Source: Mycobacterium leprae TN
GTDB lineage: Bacteria; Actinomycetota; Actinomycetes; Mycobacteriales; Mycobacteriaceae
Direction of reading: 5' to 3'
DNA: 32,000 bases
NCBI RefSeq assembly: GCF_000195855.1
Contig: NC_002677.1
Coordinates: forward strand, 2,940,001-2,972,000
The translations under genes and the position numbers were made by a program. The notes beneath the pieces are model-generated. The model was not told where the DNA came from. It searched no databases and worked only from the letters and a program-made list of their open reading frames with translations. Shown here in pieces: positions 10,961 through 20,999 of this stretch; the stretch's first letter is position 1; each line of letters begins with the position of its first letter.

Positions 10961-11020
10961 CTGATTCCCGCTGCAAAGTACCGCCCCGTTTCTGTAATTG
11001 CTTATTCTGTGGCACACTGA

Positions 11021-11062
11021 GTACACCAAATTTACTGAGCCGTACACCAAATTTACTGAGCC
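11021..11062. repeat. Perfect tandem duplication of a 21-bp unit (GTACACCAAATTTACTGAGCC x2)
   Basis: Direct read: 11021-11041 and 11042-11062 identical. Confidence 0.95.
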
Positions 11063-11073
11063 CGCGTTTAAAA

Positions 11074-11235
11074 CTAACTGCTATGCCGCAACCGCCCCCT
11101 GCCGTGCGTGGGGTGGTTCCCGATCAGGATTCCGGCATAGATCTTCCTCGAGAGGCTGGATTTTCTGTACCTTTCGTCGAGGGCAATTAGGCGCTCGTCC
11201 ACCCAGGTGGCAACAGGGTCGCGTTCTTCGCCCAT
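11074..11235 (-). pseudogene. Short Rv3748-region-like coding remnant
   Basis: Minus 'MGEERDPVATWVDERLIALDERYRKSSLSRKIYAGILIGNHPTHGRGR', a plausible N-terminal part of a conserved mycobacterial small protein; assignment relies on synteny. Confidence 0.35.
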
Positions 11236-11819
11236 GTCGGCAGCCTTGTCTTTGGGGTGGTAGTGTGGTGGACGTTGGCGGACGCTGTGCTGGTTGAGGT
11301 ATCTAATGGCGGCGGGGCCCAGCCATCCACTAGCCAGTGGAAGGGATAACAGTACGCTGCCACCAGTCCACCACGACCATCCAGCATCCATCAAAAGCAG
11401 GGTTATGTCGATCTCGAAGAAAGGAACCCCGGCGACATGCCAATGGCGACTTCTGGCACCTCGAAGCGTCGGTACTACTAGGGCACCTCATCTAGCTTCG
11501 GAGGCATCACCGGACGTCAAGGCACCAGTCCCCATCGTCGGCGCCAGCGCCAGCCGGGCCCAGCAACACAAAAACACAAACTGGTCTACCCGATCAGACC
11601 GGACCATATACTTAGCCAACACGTTCCAGTTTGTTATCTACGGTCGCGACCGCTTCGGTGAGCAAAGTCCCGGTAACGATCACATCAATAAACCGACCAC
11701 TTAACAGGCCTTCAAAACCAAGAACGCAGGACAGACTCCCCTGAGTAGACCAGTCGACAGAGGACGGCACCCGACAAAAGTAATACCCCTTGTGTCAACC
11801 GCCACACCGTTACACTACG

Positions 11820-11841
11820 TATATATATATATATATATATA
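11820..11841. repeat. (TA)11 / (AT)10 dinucleotide microsatellite inside palindrome TACG(TA)nCGTA
   Basis: Direct read: ...CACTACG TATATATATATATATATATATA CGTAAAC... Confidence 0.95.
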
Positions 11842-11997
11842 CGTAAACTATTGCCTAATTACTAAGTATTAGAAATTGTTGCTCCGCGATCTCGCTGGTG
11901 ACCCGCGGGAGGCTGTTTCAGCCTAGCGGCATCGGTGGGCATGAACGACCAGAAACGTCCACATAGCGGCCGCATGTACAGAGAGGTAAGTACAGCC

Positions 11998-12186
11998 GTG
12001 TCGTTCGTCCCGGCCGGGACCACCATCGGTCCGCAAGTACTCGACACCGCGGCGCAAGGAACCCAGGCCAGCCAGAACATATCGACGGACTTGACGGTGC
12101 TGGCGCCCTCCGGTACCGAGGAATTATCCTTGTACACGCTAGAGTTCTTCTTGGCAGAGGCTAATCAGGATGCTGGCAGGAACTAA
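11998..12186 (+). pseudogene. PE-family-like N-terminal fragment
   Basis: 'VSFVPAGTTIGPQVLDTAAQGTQASQNISTDLTVLAPSGTEELSLYTLEFFLAEANQDAG' resembles a divergent PE domain; location relative to the tRNA-Ser/tadA block fits the Rv3746c (PE34) neighbourhood. Confidence 0.4.
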
Positions 12187-13244
12187 GCGGCGCACGAAGA
12201 ACTTCGGCGAGCGGGCACGACTTTAGCAGAAATCGCCTGGTGGATTCGGAAACCGACGTAGCAGCTAGCAACGCAATGTATACCAATGTGCTGACCAGCT
12301 TTTAGATCGCATAGTTTTCTGCGAGAGCGGATCAAGTGTTCCTTTCAAACTTATACCACGCAGCATTGCACTAAGCACATGCTTGATCGCAACGTGCCGG
12401 CGGCCAGCTGGAACCGTGCGGGACTGAAGCACTCACCGACTTCTAATAAATAGCTACGGCTGCCGCCCAACCATACTCGAGGATTCAGTGGACACACCCC
12501 CTGTGCTGTAATGACCGCTGCATCCCTAGAGCATCAGCGCTCTAATCGATAAGGACCTGCTGACACCGGTGTCCGAGTACTAGTTTCCCGACCTGCCACC
12601 GGGCAAACGTAGATGCGTGACCGCGTTGGACTGGCTGAGAGTCCAGTACTACGGCTGCACTGCCCGGTAATGCTGGTGTCACCGGGCGTCGCACCCTGGA
12701 GGTGGTACCGCTTTAAGCGCTGCAGGAACACAAAGTCGACGTTCCCAACAACCTGGCTAACTTGTAACGCCGACGACCACCCACCGTGTGTCAGTTACAG
12801 CACTTCCGTCGAATACAGCCACGTATCCCACAATAGCCGCAACAACTTTTTCGGAATAGTTGGCGACCAGACCGGTGAAATCGTCGGTGACGACCGTGGC
12901 ATGGCGATACCAGGTCAACCAATTCCTAATCAGAGCAAAGAATTTCTCGGCACCGACAACACACCACGAAGCGCGTGCAAAGTCAACGCGCCGCGCTTGT
13001 AAACGCGGTTGTCCAACACACACATATGGTCTATATAGTGTGGTCCGGGGTCGGCTAGCAGCAAGTCTTGTGTCTTCTCTCAGCTGTTCGTGGTAGCGAT
13101 AGGCGAGCTCGTCAGCGCTTAGCCCGCCGCTGTTTTCGTACCACAACCACTCCGTATAGCACGCGAATACCTCGTTTAGCCGAATGTCACACCACCGTCG
13201 CGAACTCGCCTTACCAGACTGAACCCAAGCAGCTAGTGGTGGGT

Positions 13245-13780
13245 GGTTTTGAGGCGTTTAGGTGTGGTTGGTTGAGGTAAGTGGGCGGTGTATGTGGTTG
13301 CTGTCTTGGAGTTGCGCGATGGCGACCGGGGTCGGCTGGGGTGGTTGACGAGGGTGTTGTGGGTGCTGGTGGGGCAGGTGACACGGGCGTGGATTGTGTG
13401 GTTGGTGTCCGATGGAGTGGCTAGATACTGATATCGCGGTTCGGGTACGCCGGGGACGGGACGTGCTTCGGTGATCGATGAGGTCATGGTGCTCGTAGAG
13501 ACGTTGGTCGGCGATGTTATGCGAATCGGCCGTTCAGCGTCGGAGCGGCCCGTCACCGGAGCAGTTGATGGCTGTGGGGGATTTCGTTTTCCTTGGCCGC
13601 GCGGATCTGGCATAAGTGGGGGCATCCAGTCGCATCGCGTGAAGACCTTCAAGTTCGTTACCGACCCCGACGTGGGAGACCAAACGGACAATTAGCACGG
13701 TGCGCTCGGACGCAGTCCCCAAATAGTAGGGGTCAGATCCGGTTTGGAGGACTGACTGTTCAGTTACGCCCGGCGATATC
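13245..13780 (+). pseudogene. IS630-family transposase relic
   Basis: Plus frames: 'LELRDGDRGRLGWLTRVLWVLVGQVTRAWIVWLVSDGVA' (N-terminal helical part), 'VIDEVMVLVETL', 'ISFSLAARIWHKWG', then frameshift to 'IQSHRVKTFKFVTDPD' matching the family pattern RIWR.FGLQPHRVKTFKFSTDPD. Confidence 0.65.
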
Positions 13781-14312
13781 GCATCATGGCTGACGACAAC
13801 AGGGTGATCGGATCCATACGAACAGTTCGAAACTTACCTCAACCAAACGAGGCGAATTGAGCGGACCGAAGCCACCATACCTGCAAGACTCCGAGACGGC
13901 AGCCACTAATCGACATGACAAACCTCCCCGATCATATGATAGCACTACGCCATGGCCAACAAAGCAAACTCGCGATTACACCGCTAAGATGACTTCAGCA
14001 CCGCGACCATGTCGATGAGGCAGCCCGAACCAATTCGAGCTGGCGAGCTAGGTCCTGCAATCGATGCCAGGTTACTACAGCATTGGTGCTAGCTCTTTGT
14101 GCGAACAACATAGTTCGCACGTCGCGAATATAACAATGCCTTATCAATAAGAGCAGTCAGGGCTATCCCCATGCCTTACGAATAGTCAATCGTCCCTCCC
14201 GAGGCCGAGGTGTCAAAGCATGCACCTTCACAATCTATTCACAATATCTTTTAAGTGAAATAACGCCGTGTTCTTAACGATCTTTGCCACGTGGTACGTG
14301 GAGAACATTAAC

Positions 14313-14708
14313 CTAGGTGTGGACGCGCACACCGCGTTTGCAGTCCGCGGTAGCGAATGCACCACCGAAGGTTGCCAGGGCTTGCTTGGTGATGAATTGC
14401 GGCATCTAGGACGCAGCAATCAGGTAGTTGCAACCCGGTGCTAGCGCGCAGTTCAGCGAGGGGCAACGGCTCGCTTTCATCGCGCGGCGCGACGGACTGA
14501 GCCGGCAGCACGCAGATCATCGCGCATCGACGTCCCCTGACCTATGCGAGCCCCGCCAAACAAGAACCTCGGCCAGCGTGATGATGTTGACCAATATTTG
14601 CCCGGGTATACCCACTAGCAAAATTGCCGTCGCCACATCATGATGCAAGTCGACAAGGGTGCATATGCGCGATCAGGACTCTCGCATCCAAAACAATCAG
14701 GCCGGCGT
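14313..14708 (-). pseudogene. VapC-like PIN-domain toxin relic
   Basis: Minus-strand pieces in successive frames: 'LIVLDARVLIAHMHP', 'HHDVATAILLVGIPGQILVNIITLAEVLV', 'PLPLAELRASTGLQLPDCCVLDAAIHHQAS', 'ATFGGAFATADCKRGVRVHT*'. About 130 codons in total, typical of PIN toxins. Confidence 0.75.
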
Positions 14709-15010
14709 GTTTGCCCGCAGCTCAACCAGATAGTTTGGGCCCAACGGCTTCAGCGTAACGGCCATTGCTTGCCAACACGTCAGCACGACGGGACCTAATC
14801 CTCCGCACGCTCATCACGCTCGAGGATACCGGCACCCACCTCGATCAGACGCCTCAGCAACTTCGATCGGGGCTCACCGGGCCATCGCTTGGCCGCCTGG
14901 TCCAATGCGTGCGCTACTTGCGGGGTTTCGGTCACCTGATAGCGTGGACGTGTGGTCGGCACCAAATAAGTGTACCACTTTTCAGCGCAGTAATACATCT
15001 GGGGAAGCCA
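14697..15010 (-). pseudogene. VapB-like antitoxin relic paired with the PIN-domain relic
   Basis: Minus: 'TRPRYQVTETPQVAHALDQAAKRWPGEPRSKLLRRLIEVGAGILERDERAED' then stop/frameshift to 'GPNYLVELRANTPA*', whose stop overlaps the start of the PIN ORF. Confidence 0.6.
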
Positions 15011-15239
15011 GAATACACCGTAGGATGCGCAGCTCCAGTAGCCATGTCCTAAGTCGGGTACCCGCAACATGCTTAGCGTCGACTGACTCAAGGGTGGCCC
15101 TGATCGCCAACCAACTCCAACAGCAGCCAGCACAGTCAGCTGAACGAATGCACCGGCAGTACAAGATCTCGCAATACGACAGCGCAGAGCCATCCTCTCA
15201 ACCTGCAAGCGGCTTGAACTAGCTGTGCGTCGCACGCAA

Positions 15240-16290
15240 GTTTAGCCACACCAGCAACTCGGCGCGGCGACGCAGCCTGGCCAGCACATGCTGGAACACG
15301 TCGGGGGTATCGCTATCCCAGCCTTCAGAGGCGACGATCACCACTGCGCCGCGCAGCGCGTTGCCACGGTGCGACGCCAGCAGGGCTGGCGATACTGCGG
15401 CCGATGGACGTGCTTCTATGCCGGTTGGTCACTTTTGTATTGGCCCGACCCAAGCGCCACCTCGACCGAGCGGTGCGCCAGCACCGAGGTGATCCGGATC
15501 AGCGAAGTCGAAAAGGCGAAGCCATCGGAGCGTATCAAGTCCTGGCGCAACACCACAGCTCGTTCCAAGTATAGATTAGGAGCGAGGTAGGGAAGCTGCA
15601 TCAAACAGCTCAAGTCGCAGACTAGGACGACACGCCAGGGCCGTGTTCGCGCCAACATCACCGCTTCCCAACCGGTCCGGCCGCAAGTCGATCCTTTTGC
15701 CGTGCGGGCTGAGCTCAGACCGCAAACTGTGGCGTCGGAGGAAACAGCATACCGATCCCCCTATCCAGGAACCAAACAAACGCAGGTAGTCAGTATCGAA
15801 CCGGTCAAACAGCTCATCGGAGCGTACCGACAATACGGCCGGGTAGAACATAGGACTAGTTGCAGACTCACGCCAGTGGCGTCGTAGTAATCGGTGACAC
15901 TCCGAGTGACCCAAGTCTCTGGGCTTGGCTGGCACTGGATAGACTGTCAGTGCGATGCACCCCGTACCCGCTTGCGGGTGTGCGGGGCCCTGGAACGGAC
16001 AGCGACGAATCGGGACCTATCGTGCCGTTAGGGTTCGACGATCCTGAACACCGCGGCGAACACCACATCGAAGTCACTGAGATCATCCCTCCGGGGGACC
16101 AACATCAAGCCTGGCAACCCGATACAGCGTCGACGAGTGATTCCCGATGCCGCAACGCTTGCACGCAATTCACTGGTCCGGCTAGCTCTGTAACAGTACA
16201 CCCAGGTTACACAGCCACCTCACCAGAGCGGCAGCAAACGTCGCCAAATCGACACCCCGAAAAAACAATGGGGTACTCATAGCGGCTCAA
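15240..16290 (-). pseudogene. VWA-domain CoxE-like protein relic (Rv0368c-like)
   Basis: Minus strand N-terminal part 'GLMLVPRRDDLSDFDVVFAAVFRIVEP' (around 16090-16000) and C-terminal part 'RGNALRGAVVIVASEGWDSDTPDVFQHVLARLRRRAELLVWLN' (around 15370-15240); multiple disruptions between them. Confidence 0.7.
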
Positions 16291-16296
16291 CCCAAT

Positions 16297-16860
16297 TTAA
16301 CCCAGGCTAAGCAATACCCGGATCAGCATGGGCACGACGAACACCGCTAGCACTGCAGCGGCGTACTTCTTAATTTGGCTACCACCGCAAAGCTGCAACC
16401 GATCGATGGGAGCGAGCTCGATGGATGACGCCCTGGACTCGAGGTGCGTTATCAATGGCACCCACCGAGCTTGCTTCATCGGCGGGTTGCTGGAACTCAC
16501 TACGCTCTGCAGCGCCGGTTTCGCCTCCAGCGACTCCACGGAACTGACCCAGCAGCTTCTCCTACACCTGCTGCAGCATGCCGCTGCCGAATGGGGCCAA
16601 CATTCCTACTATCTTCAAATAGGTTTTAACAGTGACGTTGGCACACTCCCCCGCCTCGTGCAGCTGGGCGGTGACCGTGGCGGCCGCGTTGTCGGTACAG
16701 CGCGACTCCTTGCCCCTGCTATTAATGATCGCGCGGTGCTGGTCGGGTCGGCTCAACGAAACGCACTTTGTCACTGAACTCACTAGTGACCGGCCAAACC
16801 TTGACCTTGCCGAGATAGTCGCCGCACTGATGGTTCGGTTTGCCTAGCGCCGGCATCAAT
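16297..16860 (-). pseudogene. CoxG/SRPBCC-family membrane-associated protein relic (Rv0369c-like)
   Basis: Minus 'ANVTVKTYLKIVGMLAPFGSGMLQQV' (16562..) then 'SSSNPPMKQARWVPLITHLESRASSIELAPIDRLQLCGGSQIKKYAAAVLAVFVVPMLIRVLLSLG*' with a C-terminal TM helix (16297..16539). Confidence 0.6.
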
Positions 16861-17384
16861 GGAATCACCTGCTCCAAGTCAGACAGCACACCCCCATTCC
16901 TGCTCGATCGGCGCGCTGGCTGTGAACTGGTTGGCGATTTTCATCCGGCACGTCCTCATCATGTGCGGCGATGCTCGATAAAAACGCTACGAATCTGGGG
17001 CGCGGTCGCCGAGAGTCTGAGCCAACGGCCCCAAACTGACCAGTGCAGACTCAACCGAATCGGGCGGGATGAAGTCCGCAACACCGAGCGACACCCATGC
17101 AGCAACCCAGTATATAACTTCGGCAATCCCTCCCGGTCGGCTTATCCAGATCAAGATCGTTCGCGCTGACTAAGAAAAGAATTTAGGTGAAGTGTTAAAT
17201 CAACGGAGTAAATCTCCGGGTACTGTACGACAAAAAATCGCGGTAGCCTGGCACGACTCTGGGTAAATAGATCCAATGGTATTGGCAACATCGCCGCAGT
17301 ACGTCATGGAGGTCTAGACTGTGATTCTACGAACTTCCCTCTGGAATTCGTCTTCAGCACAGTCGATTTAATCGATCAACAGCA

Positions 17385-18093
17385 TTAGAAATGTCGACAC
17401 GCTATGCCGCACACACTGCAGGATAGGACGATCCACGGGGTAGGTCTCGATTTCAGAGATATCCGATATTCCGTTACGGGCTCCTCGGCCAGCTTGATCG
17501 ACAGCAGCTGACATTGGTACTTCCAGTCATAGAGCGCCTCGTTCGCGGTCAATTCATCGTAACAATGCAGCCGTATACTCCTAGCATTCAGCACCTTTGC
17601 AAGCATTTTCACGGACGTTGTCTGCCTAATCTAGGCTCGCCTTCCAGTAACGGCCGGCCCAAACTGACCGCCAGATAGATCGCTGATGCCGTCCTCGTAG
17701 CGACAGACCACGATGTCGGGAGCGGTCCCTTCAGTCGCCAGCCGACGCACAGTTGCGGAATCAATCCGCGACTGATTGTCGAGCATCACCACTATTCCAG
17801 CTACCTGCGAGTCCACCTGTTCGAGCACAGTGCGCCCAAACACCCATTCCGAAATTGTTTGACGGTCACCTACATCCATCAGCTTCGTCTAGCGGTGCGG
17901 TACAGCATCAAGCACCGCTCAGCCAGCGCCACCCAGAGTGACAATAAGCTGGCCGAATCCCGTACCGCGAGCAACATCGGACACTAGCTCCGAGCACGAT
18001 CTTAATACCGATATGGCAGAAGCTTTTAGGTACACCAGGTCTCCTGGAACAGCTGGCCACGAGAACAACACTGGTGACCCGCCTAGCGATCAT
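17385..18093 (-). pseudogene. MocA/MobA-like nucleotidyltransferase relic (Rv0371c-like)
   Basis: Minus N-terminus 'VTSVVLVASCSRRPGVPKSFCHIGIKIVLGAS' (family pattern VVLAAG.SRRLG.PK.LLPY...VLGA) and 'GIVVMLDNQSRIDSATVRRLATEGTAPDIVVCRYEDGISD' (pattern V.L.DQPG...VRRL...VVCRYDDG). Confidence 0.65.
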
Positions 18094-18154
18094 GCGCCGG
18101 TTTCCTCAGTAGCGAGCAAGGTCAGGCCTGCTACCACAGAGGGCGGCGACGGGT

Positions 18155-18493
18155 TCAGCGGCGACCGACACCGCGATCTCCGCGGAGGTCTTGGCGCCGA
18201 TGGCCAAATCCGACCGGGGTATGCCGGGATATGTATACGGAACCGCTCAGCCTCGGAGAGTTCGAGTCATTCACAATCGACACACTACGCACCTTGCCGG
18301 CCACCAGACTGATATATTCAACACCATTACCCAATGCAGCACTAATGATTTCGACCTCCAGACCATCAGAGCTGGCAATCACCACCGCGGCACTATAGGT
18401 AAGATCGCTGTAGCACCGAAGATCGTAACCGAGTACCTCGCGCAGTTGGGTCAAGGCATCGCCGATAGGTGTAGCTCCGTAGATCTGGATCAA
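18155..18493 (-). pseudogene. XdhC/CoxI-family C-terminal domain relic (Rv0376c-like)
   Basis: Minus 'MIQIYGATPIGDALTQLREVLGYDLRCYSD' (Rossmann-like start of XdhC_C) and 'GNGVEYISLVAGKVRSVSIVNDSNSPRLSG...TPVGFGHRRQDLRG' corresponding to 'VGYVGAMGSRRT...PIGLDLGARTP'. N-terminal domain absent. Confidence 0.55.
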
Positions 18494-18619
18494 CCGGGTC
18501 GGTAGCTACGACGTCAAAAGATCTCCAACTAATCGCCAGATAGGCATAGCATCAGCTCGACAAACATGAATCCCAAAAGAGTCCTCAAGTCACGACTCCG
18601 GCGTAACCTCGAGCCTATT

Positions 18620-19210
18620 CTGCGGCGATGCAGGTGGGTCGACGGGTACTGACGGTATCGCGGTTGCCGGATTGGGGTAGGCGATTCGGTGCACGCCGCG
18701 ATAGCAGGGATGTCGATGTACGTCGTGGCACTGCGTAAGGAATTTGATGACCCGTTGTTAATGAGGACGGGCGCCGGTTGCCGCGGATCACGGCGTCCAT
18801 CACCTTCGCCGAACATGCTGACCCGGGATTCATTGGGCTCTATCTTGCCACGAACCAATGATCTACTTACAGATCGACTTTCCAGACGCCCCCTTACTAA
18901 AGTACCAGATCATCACCTTAGTAGCGCTGATTAACCCATTGTCCGTAGATGCTCCGACACCCGCGCTGTTACACCACCGCAGTGAGTGCTGATCCCGTCG
19001 GCCGGAAGCGTGGACAGTGAGATTGCAATAGTATGGAACAGTTTGGCAATCCCGGAGTCACAACAGCGCATCTTCCAAAGCGACACAACGGTGCTCGAGA
19101 AGGTGCAGCGAGTCGTCGGTACCACGTTTACTATTGGCTTTGCGGCCGTCAAAAACCTCGCTGCCGGGCAATTGTCTCACCTGACCGGGTACCCCCCGGT
19201 TGGATAGGTC
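18620..19210 (+). pseudogene. LysR-family transcriptional regulator relic (Rv0377-like)
   Basis: Plus: 'VALRKEFDDPLLMRTGAG' (end of LysR HTH region), 'LKYQIITLVALINPLS', 'IPESQQRIFQSDTTVLEKVQRVVGTTFTIGFAAVKNLAAGQLSHLTGYPP' in different frames. Confidence 0.7.
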
Positions 19211-19400
19211 AGGTGAGTGGTGTACAAGACCATCTTAGCTCCATCGATACACAAACCCGCCGCGGCCAAATTGGTTCGCTTCATCATCACTCCGCGATGC
19301 ATCCAGGTGATGCTCCGGATAACCAGCATCAGAGTGACCCTATTGCGACCGAAGGTACATGTCACCCTGCGAAACCAAGGGGTGCGGTCAGCAACTTGAT
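19209..19400 (+). pseudogene. Possible dodecin-like (Rv0379 region) remnant
   Basis: 'SGVYKTI...' followed by degenerate A-rich and basic segments at the expected syntenic position; weak. Confidence 0.2.
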
Positions 19401-19459
19401 ACCGCATGCGATATCAAGTTGAAAAATTGTGCTGGCCCATGGGTGTCCGGGCGCTTTGG

Positions 19460-20104
19460 CTACCAGGCGCGGGACATGTCCGCGTGCTGCCTGATCCAGG
19501 CATGCATCGCGATCCCGGCGGCAACACCAGCGTTGATGCTGCGGGTCGAGCCGAACTGGGCGATTGACACGATCATCGCCGCGCCGGTCCGGGCCTCGTC
19601 GGTGATGCCGGGACCTTCCTGACCGAACACCAATAGACACTGCCGCGGCAACGTGGTCTGTTCCAGACGCGCCGCCCCCGGAATGTTGTCTACCGCGACG
19701 ACAGTCAAGCCAGCACCCGCCGCGAAGTCGAGCATTGAAGCAGTACTGTCATGATGACACAACCGCTGATAGCGATCCGTCACCATGGCACCCCGGCGGT
19801 TCCAGCGCCGACGCCCAACAATATGCATGGTGTCAACCGCGAACGCGTTGGCGGTACGCACTACCGAGCCGATGTTGGCGTCGTGACCGAAGTTCTCGAT
19901 CGCCACATGAAAGGGGTGACGGCGCCTATCGATATCGACAATGATCGCTTCTCGAGTCCAATAACGGTAGGCATCGACAACATTGCGAGTATCGCCGTCC
20001 CGCAACAAGACTGGGTCATACCGCGGGTCATCCGGGACGTCACCGGACCAGGGGCCGACACTGCCGGACGATGTCCCCCATTCAGTAGGGCCGAGTTCAC
20101 TCAT
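19460..20104 (-). CDS. TrmH/SpoU-family tRNA/rRNA methyltransferase (Rv0380c-like); start probably at 20104 within ORF 19460..20242
   Basis: 'HPFHVAIENFGHDANIGSVVRTANAF', 'LVFGQEGPGITDEA', 'IAQFGSTRSINAGVAAGIAMHAWIRQH' SPOUT motifs; intact ORF. Confidence 0.9.
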   Translation of the reverse strand: MSELGPTEWGTSSGSVGPWSGDVPDDPRYDPVLLRDGDTRNVVDAYRYWTREAIIVDIDRRRHPFHVAIENFGHDANIGSVVRTANAFAVDTMHIVGRRRWNRRGAMVTDRYQRLCHHDSTASMLDFAAGAGLTVVAVDNIPGAARLEQTTLPRQCLLVFGQEGPGITDEARTGAAMIVSIAQFGSTRSINAGVAAGIAMHAWIRQHADMSRAW

Positions 20105-20244
20105 CGGACGGTCCACATCCTGGAATACGTCCCGGTGAGAGCCAGCGTCGCGTACAACAACGCCTGGTTCATCTCGCCCTGGGCGCAAGATAACGCGCTT
20201 ACGTGCACCCAGATACAATGACACATTGGCAAGATCAAGCACCT

Positions 20245-20990
20245 ACGAGCCATACGCCACGCAAGCCGGATTGAGTCCTAGACCGAGCAGCGCCGTCGAA
20301 GCGAGCAGAGTCATAGGGCCGCCGTGGGCAACCGAATCGTCGCGATACCAGACCGCTGCAACGTCGGCAGCAAGTCCTAGCAGCAGTTAGCCGTCACCGG
20401 TTAATGCCCCCGAGTCGCCGAGATGCACTTCGGTAACCGGCGCGCCGTCAGTTCGCCAGTTCGACAGGCTGGCAGTCTTTACCACCAGGCCGGTGTCGTT
20501 CGGGTTTGTCGGTAACAGCCCCACCAGAAATGCCGCAGGGTAGGCTATCCCAGTATTGGGAATCCGGGCGCGCGGCAAGTAGCTGAACACCCCACAGACC
20601 GCACTTCGATCCTGCAACGGGCCCAGGCAGACCGGGCCGGTGAGTCGGTTGGCAGGCGCCGACAACGGCGAGGCAACGTCCGGCATGCTGGCCATCTCGC
20701 TCACGCAGCTAACCAATCCGGTGGACTCCATCATCAGGTGAGCAAGCGCGCCGTAGAGCACAAACCGAATTATCCTCGATGTTTGGCTTGCGGAGCGCAC
20801 AGACCCAATCGGGCTGCGTCAATGTCGATCAGCACGTAGTCACCATCCCACCGCAGATTCGACACCGCCATATTCCAGCCCAACAATTCGGTGAGAAGCT
20901 GGCCATGAGCACCATACGGACGACCAACATGGCTCGAGCCCCGAACAATACCATGGCGATAATCACAAGGAAAGGCGAGCACCATGATCG
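20245..20990 (-). pseudogene. Rv0381c-like gene relic
   Basis: Located between the Rv0380c-like and pyrE genes; minus frame 20387..20800 broken by stops ('...SGALTGDG*LLLGLAADVAAV') and more coding-like text beyond the stop. Confidence 0.45.
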
Positions 20991-20999
20991 CGGTAGAGG

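Noticed and set aside
13233-13691. 152-aa minus-strand ORF rich in Thr/Pro
   Set aside because: Low-complexity antisense of the plus-strand IS630-like transposase relic.
15860-16282. 140-aa plus-strand ORF
   Set aside because: Opposite strand reads as a VWA/CoxE-like relic; the plus frame lacks domain signatures.
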